A DNA stretch of 54,827 nucleotides, counting the filler, from Bipalium vagum (Eukaryota), in the NCBI GenBank assembly GCA_037834085.1. It is 2 parts of 2 records of this genome, joined end to end, with 100 filler letters (N's around TTAATTAATTAA, not from the genome) between each part and the next. Parts side by side here need not be neighbours in the genome. Positions count along the whole stretch, not along the records: positions 1 to 31,898 come from JBBMKC010244801.1; positions 31,999 to 54,827 come from JBBMKC010215914.1. One strand, given 5' to 3'. Below are positions 29,504-39,199 of the stretch, piece by piece; position 1 is the first letter of the stretch; the number at the start of each line of letters is the position of its first letter. Made by a program: the position numbers and the translations under genes. The notes below the pieces were generated by a model. That model was given only the letters and a program-made list of their open reading frames with translations. It ran no database searches and was not told the DNA's origin.

Positions 29504-31823
29504 TAATTAGAAAAAGAATAATTATTTCTTTTTTATTATTTAAAAGTTTTGAATTTATTCTTCAACAATTATTTTTTCTTCCTTACTAACTTTTAATTTT
29601 GTATTATATCTTTTTCAACTTTATAATTTAAATGATATTTTTATTTAATTAATTTAGCTTTCTTCATGTCAATTTAATATAAGTGAATACTTTGAAAAGA
29701 TCCCTTCACAAATGGAAAATTTTCTTTACCGGATATAGGTATACAAAGATCTGAAGTTTTATCCTTTTAGTTGATTAAATTTGTTTCGTTAAAATAATTT
29801 CAATTTCCTGGATTTCGTTTGCTTTTATTGAAATTATAAATGAATTAAGTCTCCTACAAAAATGTACGAAAAACATATTTCTTAAATATAGGATGTTTGA
29901 GAAAGAGCTGACAACCTTAGCTTTTCAAAAATTTAATTAAAACACCACTTCCTATTATAAGAAATCGATATCAAGATATTATTTAAAGCTCATGTCACTT
30001 TAAAGTTAAAAATATGAACGTGAATTATATTTTTGTAATTTCAACGATCCCACGTGTAAAATCACAATTTTTACAAAAGAAACCTAATGCTTGTCTTATT
30101 TCACTACAGTTAATGTGAATTATATCTGAGCATAGAAAACATTTGAAAGACAATTGATAAAATTTCCCGATAAGTGTTTAAAAACCATATACCGGGTGCT
30201 CAAGATAATTCGGGAATATTTTCAATGTTATATTAAAGATTATTTTTTGAAAATCCACTTAACTTTAATTTCTTTAACCAAGTTATTTTTCAATAATATT
30301 AATTAATGTAAAATAAATTTTACAATTTTAAATATGATTTCTGAATATAATTAAGAGGAGCAGTAACAAATTATTGATTAGTTTGGTTATAGCAGTGCAA
30401 CAGTTTAAGCAGAAGAATAGCAAAGGTAATATAAATGCAAGAGAAAGTCACCTGAAAAATTATCAATTCATAAAACATTCAATATTTTTTGGAAGATTTA
30501 AAAGAGAAATATGATGCTGATGGGTCCAAAAATATAAGTATATTGTGGTACGCCAAATGTTAAAATATACCAGATCATGGAAAGTGATATGTTATAAGAA
30601 TAATATTCAAATATTATCAAATTGTATGGAGTGTAACAAAAATGCAAAATAACCAAAACAAATACTAAAGAATTGGAGTAAGTAAATCTAACAGAGTACT
30701 TTGAGGATATAGATGTAGATATCTGCAAACTTTTAAAAGAAAAGAAAAACAGTATTGTCAATATATTATTTTTTCTTAATAAGCTTTATAAATTTTTAAG
30801 AATAATTATTAAGAAAATATTAGTAATATTAATATATTATTATTAAATATTATTCTTTAATAGACATAAAAATTCTAAATCTTTATTCAATCTTATTAAT
30901 TTTGATAGTTTTTAAATTAACTATAATTTATTTTTTTCCGCCTAAACTTTTTAAAATAGCATTGAATTAAGTATCAAAGTATTTAAAATAATAAATATAA
31001 AATAAGATATTTCACAACCACCATGGATTTGAATTTCATTTTAGTGGTTTACAAAACAAATCGGTTTTGAGTTAATATAAGTTAAAACTTCGTAAGACTT
31101 ATAAATAAAAATATACTTCCTCAAAATTAAAAACTTTTACAATTTGTTAGTCAAATTCAATTAGTGAAATTATTTATAAAAATAAAATAATGGTCGAAAA
31201 ACATTAAAATATTTTTTCTACTAATAAAGATTTTATTAAAAAAACAAATTATTAATATTAAGAAGTATTAAAAGACAAATAACAAGTTATTATTTTTATT
31301 AATTGAAAAGGTGCTTATGGTATCTTCTTTTGAATATTCTTATTCCACATCCATTCATGAAGGTATGATTGAAGAACTGAATTTGGTTCTAGTTTTTGTC
31401 CTATTTTGACCTTAGTCTTTCATGATGAAATAGAATCAATAATTTCTGAACTTATAAAAGATTTGCCATTTTAAAATTCAAAAGTTTTCAAATTTAAAAC
31501 AAATGTGAATTAGAAACAAAACTAAATTAATATAAAATTTATTACATTCATTTTTAATGGTATGCAGTAAGAGAAATATTTAAATGATTCGTTCGAAAAA
31601 TTCCATCACGTTATCATATATTAAAAATGGAAAATATTAAAAAATAAGATCATCTAAATTTACATTTGATTTTATTATGAAATAATTACATAAGACTAAA
31701 ATACGTAAAACATGTTTGACTTTTAATACATAATCAATAGACATAAAAAGTAAAATTAAATAATTAAAAACATGTAATGTATTGGTTTACTTTTAAATAT
31801 TATCAACTGATACATTTTATGTA

Positions 31824-31898
31824 CCGTATTTTCGCGTGTATAACCCGCGCCCCTTGTATAATCCGCACCCCTTGCATAATCCGCATATTTATGGGTTG
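31824..31898. mobile_element. Pogo/Tc2-type transposon end running into the gap
   Basis: TA+CCGTATTTTCGCGTGTATAA, then about 2.7 copies of an 18-bp unit tgtataa(c/t)ccgc(g/a)cccct. Confidence 0.65.
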
Positions 31899-31998
31899 NN
31901 NNNNNNNNNNNNNNNNNNNNNNNNNNNNNNNNNNNNNNNNNNTTAATTAATTAANNNNNNNNNNNNNNNNNNNNNNNNNNNNNNNNNNNNNNNNNNNN
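31899..31998. other. Artificial scaffold/contig linker: 44 N + TTAATTAATTAA + 44 N
   Basis: Exactly 100 bp and symmetric. The palindromic 12-mer gives stop codons in all six frames. Confidence 0.97.
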
Positions 31999-33309
31999 GT
32001 CAAAGCATTTCTGCCAGCGTTTGATCAATTCATCAAATGCTTTGGAGAAGAAATGTGGCTCGAGACCATTGAAATTTTTCTTGACAGATTATTATGTTAT
32101 AAACTTCATTACTATTCTTTTTTGTTATTTTGCTACTTTTATATTTAATATTATCCACATGTACCAGAAAAAAATCTGTAAAGAAAAATTTCTAATATTG
32201 GAAATAAGATAAATATTAATGTAGAATGAGGAATTTTTTATTTTAATCAAAAGTAGAAAGTTAAATTCATTAAAAATATTTTGAAAACTTGTTTTATACA
32301 AATTTTTTAAAATCAAAAGTTGATGAATTTAATGATTTCAAACAAAAAAATCATACCAGTTGTGAGGAATTTAATTCAAGATAAATAATAAATTAATCAA
32401 TTTACATTGGTTATTTAATTATTTTAGTTTTATATTTTAATTTTGTCCTAAGCTTTATTTTGATATAAGTATAGTTTATTAAATGATAATTCAATCGATT
32501 CACAGACCTATATTAATTTTTTACTTAAACCAAGTTATTGTTTCATAAATAAACAAAATAAAACAAGTAAAAATACTCTACAATAGGAATAAATATTAAA
32601 GACAGAAGATAATATTACCATTATTGATATTTCAATACAAACAACATTGATTAAAAGAAACAACCAGAAATACAAAGATCATTTAATCGCAGTTCAAAAA
32701 TACAGATAATATGACATTATTTCAAAATCGTTGTAGTCAGCCATTGATATTTTCCATTCATTATTAAATAAGACCAATTTTTATCCAGGGTAAAAATCCT
32801 CTTGAAAAACGATCTTCCAGTGAGTGTTTTTAAAGTATCTTGCAATTTTCAAGCATTTTATTTACCTGAGGTTAGTTTCACCTGTTTTGAATTATACAAA
32901 CCACCGATTTTGTGTTCACTTGTTTATTTCATCTGGGACCATCAATAAACGGACGAGCAGGAAATTTTTTTCCAATGTCGAAAATTACTAAAACCTCATA
33001 TTTTACGGTCATATTTGAAGCTAAAAATAGATTAATAAAACAAGTCACTGCTTTTATCTCTATAATTGATATTCTCTATCATAAAAAACCTCTTTGTTGG
33101 ATAGATTTGATAGACATGTCTAATTCTTTCGACGATTCAAATCTTGGTTTGCATTTTTGTGTGAAATTAAAAAAATATTTTTTTTTAAAATAATCATTAT
33201 AATGCATAAAATAATAAGTAATACTATATAGATAAATACTAATATACATGGGTAAACATATTTACAGTTCGTGACAATATCGTTAAAAGTCTAATCTAAG
33301 TAACGGGTG

Positions 33310-34550
33310 GTATGATAGTGTCATATTTTCGATGAGAACTCGATGTTGGAGATGGCGCACTGTTTCAGGGTCTTGATGACTTGATGGTTTCTGGAGGAAC
33401 TGTACCTAGAGATCCAATAATACACGTGTGTAATTCAATTTTGTGGTCTGGTTTGAGTTTTTGCAGTTCTTTCTGTAGGTTGGAATATTTTGATAGGTTT
33501 CTATCATCAGCCCCCTTGAATGTTTGTAACATATCAATCGGGCATTTGATATCAACCAGGATCTCTTGTTCATCACAACGATTAAAGATGGAGTCTGTTG
33601 GGTTTCATAGATAATTTCGAGGCAGTTGTTGTGTCTATCATTAGATAAAGTTCTGTTTGGGAGACAAGATTGCAAGGCGTGCTTCATTGTTTCTTCCTCT
33701 TGGTTGCAGCGCCTGCAGAGTTTGGATTTCGTGTCTTCATCTGGAAATCTAGAGCAGGTTGGTAACGAGTTGGTCCGTTCCTTGTGAATGAAATTGAAAC
33801 CAAAGGAACCCAGTCCACCACTGAAAATGAACTTGTTTATCATTGGGATCAGTTTCACGGTTTCAGCAAGGAGATTGCTCTGTTTGCTGTTTAACCATTT
33901 GGATCCATAGGACCTCTGGATATAAATGGAGGACCCGTGAGATCTTTTTGCGGTCTTGTGGAGAGCAGATTGAGGTGTCAGATGTGATGCGGAGTTGGAA
34001 TTCTCCTTTCACGTATTCAAAAGAAGCAAGGATGTTATGTGCTTTTCTGAAGTGTGAAATGGCGTGTCGGATCCTATACCACCATGATTTTTTTGATTTA
34101 GTATTTTTAAAAGTCTGACCGCCATTGATCCATTCCAGACAATCCGAAAGATCCTTGGATTTGGATTTCAGCCTTGTTGAAGCAACCAAACAAAGCGAAT
34201 CAGAGATGATTTTATAAGTGAAATGGTAAGGATTCGTTAGAAGACGAAAACCTTGAGCGAGAGACTGGAATATTCATCGTGTAAGTCTGTTAATCCAGCT
34301 CCACCGTCCTCAACAGATGAATATAAATAATTTGTTTCCGCGTATTTTGGAAGGTTAAGTATTATTTTAATATATACTCGGATCTTAGAGCTCTTATTCT
34401 GATTTTCAGCAGACTTATCGGATGACTGTTCAAGAGAACTATTCTTAACTTCTCTTGTTCTAAACGGGAACACAAGGCGGGAGTGCAGGAAGATTTTATG
34501 ACTTAATTTTTCGCCACCCGTGTAATTCGGAATTTGCAATTTTCCCAAGA
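33310..34550 (-). mobile_element. Degenerate RLE non-LTR retrotransposon (NeSL/Utopia/R2 group), 3' half
   Basis: RT-thumb YLYSSVEDGGAGLTDL; zinc knuckle CRRCNQEEETMKHALQSC..RHN; endonuclease fragments LVDIKCPID, KYSNL, IIGSLG, CAISNI. Confidence 0.88.
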
Positions 34551-36239
34551 TTGTGAATTTTTAGTATATCATCAATATGATAGCGTCTTCAAGTCACGGA
34601 AGGTTTTAATGTGAAATTTTAGTTTTTGTTGAGATTTAAGTTTTGAATTATCTTTGAACTTTTTCTTACCTTAGTTAATTTTTTAGAAGTGATCCATAAT
34701 TTTACACGAAGTGTAATTTTAAAATTTTACTTCAAAATGTGGTGCTTTAACCAAAATAAACACAATATTATAAAGACTTTAACCATCTTAACAAATTTGA
34801 AAATTTAACAAATTTTAAAATCCATTTTAGTTGAAATTTTTGAAGGTTATGAATTTAAACAAGTGATATTTTAATTAAATTTGATATTGAAGATGAAATT
34901 TTTTAAAAAATTATATTAAAAAAGATTTATTTTATATAATTTAAAATGAAATTAGAATACTTAAAAATTACGTACTTGTAGTATTTTTTTAAAAAATTAA
35001 CATAAAATTTTTTTTTGTTTATTTGTTTTATTTTAATGATTATATTGTTATTTAGCATTTTGTAATTTTAAACTTTTTTATTTCTATACAATGTAACCAA
35101 ATGATTCTATTTTAGATAAATGTTAATGATGCTGAACATAGATGGTGTTGCATTAAATTGTTAGACGCTATTAATTTAATTTTACATTTATAAATATAAG
35201 TTAGATAATTTAAAACCATATTGCTTGGATGAAAAATGTGAAATAAATAACCCCCAAAGAAGGATTTCTAAGAGAAAATATGTAATGATTTTAGATGATC
35301 ATGGTAAAGAGGATGTGGTAGAAAATACCGAACTGAAGAATGAAAGCTGTGTTGCTGGGTATCACTTTAAAGTAGAAGGTCTTTTTTTAGATGGTAAAGT
35401 ATTTGAATTAATGTTGAAATAATATTTCATATGATTTCTATTATATCAACTTGTGTTCAATTGATTCCATATAAAAATAATTCTGAAATGTTGTAATTAA
35501 ACTATATAGCAGAATAAATATTATATTTTATTAATAAATTAAATTTTTATTTTTCAAAAAATATTTTGGAAAAAGAAAAAATCTCCACGACTAGTCGAAA
35601 ACTAATTTCATTAATTTTTATCGAATTTTCAATTTTTTATTCAAATCTCATCATAAAGCCTCAATATTAAATTTACTGTTTTATCCATCACTGATTTCAG
35701 ATTGGAATTTTTTATACAAAAGCCTCTTAATAGAACAATTTTTTAGATAAATCAAATTTTAAGTTTTTTCAATATTTTTGAAATTTTATGACATGGAAAC
35801 GCTACTTTGGTAATTAGATTTAAGCAATATACTGTGAATGTTTTTCTTATGCCAAACTTATAAACTAAATTTTTATTGTTTGTAAAGTATATAACAATTT
35901 CAATTGAAATTAATAATTTTTTAAAAATTCGATTATAATTAATCAGAGATTCACTAGTAAACAGTATTGATTTATAAAATATGACTATTGATTTTAGTCT
36001 ATAAATATCACGTGACTTTATTTTTTCATTGTGTGTGTTCATGAATTGAAAACATATCGACCTGTTTTGTTGATGTGGCAATCAAAAGGTTGCGGAAATC
36101 GATTACCGACGCTATTGCAACCGCCAAAATTGACAAAATCTTAAACGCTCTCACCATTTAATGTGACTGTTTGCACAATCTTCGTTTATAGACTTGTCTC
36201 GATCTTTTCACAACAAATGATAATCATCATAATTTGTAG

Positions 36240-36902
36240 ATCTGGTAGACCATGATGAAGTCTCGTCTGTGAAAGCACCGCTCTGCTTCTATTCGAAAGA
36301 TTATGAGAAATTCCTTCCCAGAGCAGCAGATTTGAAAAGTAACAAAGTCGAATCACTAAAGCTGGGCCGAACTAAAACCGACGGTTACGCGTATAAAGTG
36401 AGTAGTTTATGTTATCACATTGATTTTTTTTTATTTGATTTTTCTCTTTGAAATGCCAATCCAGTCTTGTAACAAGGGTCTCGGTCGATCAAAATCGGAA
36501 ACCACTGACAATAACCAAAAACGAATCGGTTACAAAACTACCGTCAACAAAAAGGAAATTCTTTTGCTCCGTTTCGGAACTGAGGTTGTTGCGTGCGACA
36601 GTAAATGTCCTCACAAAGGTAAAATGAAATTGTTGCGAAGTAGTGCGCATTTAATGCTTTTCTTCATGGAATTTTGTCCAGGAGCGGAGCTGGAATATGG
36701 TGACATAGAAAATCTCTCCAATGGCCATCGATTGATCAAGTGCAGTTGGCACAATTTCAAGTTCAACTTGGACAAGAACGGGTTTAAGGAATATCCAGTA
36801 GACCAATTTTGCCAAATGAAATTGAATGTTTACCCCACCTTAGTCAGTGAAACGGGAATCATTTACGTTTTGTTCGACCATTTCAATTTGGACTTCAATT
36901 GA
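36240..36902 (+). CDS. Small Rieske [2Fe-2S] domain protein, RFESD-like. Exons 36240-36397, 36465-36618, 36682-36902; start codon not identified
   Basis: Removing introns 36398-36464 (gtgagt..ccag) and 36619-36681 (gtaaaa..ccag) gives CPHKGAELEYGDIENLSNGHRLIKCSWHNFKFNL, which has the Rieske CxH and CxxH boxes and the GDIE spacer typical of RFESD. AATAAA near 36992. In-frame stop at 36230 and tttgtag acceptor at 36239 imply an upstream exon. Confidence 0.85.
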
Positions 36903-37189
36903 AAGGGGTTCGGATTTTTGTTCCCACCTGACGGTCACGGACCACTGTACAAATTAATGCTGCTTTTATAACTGTCAGAAAATTCGTTTTGGAATAAATC
37001 ATTTTAATTGATTGTTTTGCTTCGTTTTTGTTCTGAATATTTTCGATTACTTACGCATTGGTTGGAGACCGCATAATTAATAGCTATTCAAACTTATGAC
37101 ATGTTCTGAAGTATTACAAAATGAATGTTTCTTAAGTTTTCCTGAATAATTTCTGCAGCTATGTCATCCGGTTTTAACAGATTTTTGAA

Positions 37190-37625
37190 TGTTTCATGAA
37201 TTTATAATGTTTTAATCCATTTTTAACAGTATCTTTAACTTCACTTCATGAATCAATGATAAAACATATGATATCTTTTAGATTAATGTTACTTATTTCC
37301 ACATTAATATAATTCCGGGTTTGGAAATAAAGTCATACACCAATTTTTTCCGATACATTTTCTTGGTGTTTTAATCTGCAGCAGTTTTGTTATGTTGGTT
37401 TCTTTATTTACCGGTAATCATGAACAGCCGAAAAATGTCTAAAAACCGTGGTAGTGCTGAATGGCTGTAACTCAGGTTCTTTTCAATTGTTTTGAAAAGT
37501 CGAATTAATTGCCTACTTTTAAATTTCTGTGTCAATCCTGAACTAACTTTAAAATATTTGACAGTATTTATCATACTATACATTCTGTTCAACAACTTTT
37601 CTGCATCTATTTGTATGCACAATAA
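37190..37625 (-). mobile_element. Pogo/Tigger (CENP-B-like) transposase relic
   Basis: IQIDAEKL..FKVSSGLTQKFKSRQLIR resembles the FKASxGWLxKFKxR HTH motif. Confidence 0.55.
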
Positions 37626-37749
37626 ACGACAGACCCAGACTTTCTTGCATCACTGCTGTTAGTTGAAAATTAATCGGATACTGGGATTCGAACGTACAAA
37701 ATTTTATTTAAAAAACAAGTTTTTCTTTCACGAACTTAATCGTTTTCAC

Positions 37750-39165
37750 AAAAATTTGGAGCAGGTCATCATCGCAGTCGTCGAGATTTTCAGCAGCATC
37801 ATCAGACAGGCACTGATTTTGGTCGTCATTGAGGTTTTCATCTTCAATTTCGTGGAGCTTGGAGAAATTTACTGTTTGTTTTCCAACATCTCTGTGAAAT
37901 TTCCATTGCGCAGCACTCCATTTGAAATTAGACGCTGCCCAGAATTTTCCGATTTTGGTTATTTGACATTTAGAAATTTGGAGACTTCTCAGAATTTCCT
38001 CATTTCGCTTTTGCCATGATCCAAGGCAGCCGACTGCGAACGTATCTAACAGAATAGTCCAAAAATGGCAGGGCTTTTTGGTATGGTAGAGAAGATCATG
38101 GTAGTGAATGAGATTCTTCTCATGGTTTCAGTAGATTATTTTTTCTCTGTATCATACGAAAATTTGATGTCAATATGATAAAGGACTTTGAGGTCCGTGA
38201 ATTCAATCTGAAGATCAATACAATTTGTGGAATTGACCTACTGTTTTTCAGTGTTTACAAAGACTTTGGCCTTTGAATTATCTTTAATTTGTTTGGCCAG
38301 ATAGTCTTGGATAGAATTATGGCGGCAGGAATGTAATCAACAGGAACAGGAGACAATGTCTCTTTTTGATCACTGCATCTTCGGCATCCACGGAATTTTG
38401 AGCCATGACGAGCATTGATCTGAATTGAATATGACCTAGCTCGATGAATGAAATACCAAGCTGCCACCGTTGAAAATTGAAGTAGTGGATAATTTTGATT
38501 GGCCAATTACTGATGCAAAGCGACCTGCATTTGCTTGACTGTTCCAAACTGTGACTCCAAGCATGATTGATTAAATTGTGAAGCTTTTTTGAAACAACTT
38601 TTGCATCAATTGACTTCACAATTGCTTCATTCTGATAACTTGGGTCTAAATGTTGAAAGAGTTTCAGACATATTCCCTCTTCATTGCGCTTGAATTTGAC
38701 ATTGATCTTGTGTCTGGACTGCATTTGGTTGATTGCAGATCGAGTCTTCCTCCACCAACAATTCTGAAGACATTGAATGTCACCACGATTAAGCCATTCG
38801 AAAGCTTGATCGAGTGTAACTCGGTTAAAAAGACCAGGATTTGAGGCAGCACCAATTAAAGAATGTATTGCCGTATCTCTAATAACACCCACATTAATTT
38901 TAATAGGATCTGTAGTAAGATTACTGCACATAAAATATGATTGACAATTACTGAACAGGCCTTCGATCAATCTGCACAATTGAGAGGAAACTCCCATTTT
39001 CCGAAGACACCGGTTATGAAAAAGATCTCAATTCTGCCAAAAGCATCAGCAACATCAAGAAAAGCAATGTGCAAGGGCATTTGCAGTTCTCTTCGATATC
39101 GTTCAATTAAATCACGAAGCAGAAAATTATGCTCAGAGCACCCATTGAAAGGTTTTCTGATTCAA
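37750..39165 (-). mobile_element. Second degenerate, internally deleted RLE non-LTR retrotransposon
   Basis: RT fragments NGCSEHNFLL, IAFLDVADAFG, PIKINVGV; WYFIHRAR..CRRCSDQKETLS; IDIKFSYD; FAVGCLGSW; acidic tail. Confidence 0.88.
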
Positions 39166-39199
39166 ACTGTTTTTCTGTCAACCGATCTTTCCGTTCAGT

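Noticed and set aside
31943-31954. Biological palindrome or PacI-like site
   Set aside because: Sits exactly in the middle of a symmetric N gap, so it is a synthetic linker.
36420-36902. DAF-36/Neverland or bacterial ferredoxin (horizontal transfer)
   Set aside because: No downstream oxygenase domain; spliceosomal introns and the GDIE spacer fit metazoan RFESD-like proteins better.
37660-37740. Complete tRNA gene
   Set aside because: Only a T-loop motif; no D arm, anticodon arm or acceptor stem.
37663-38019. Plus-strand membrane-protein-like ORF, likewise 33381-33614, 33843-34118 and 38941-39270
   Set aside because: Antisense shadows of minus-strand retrotransposon coding sequence.
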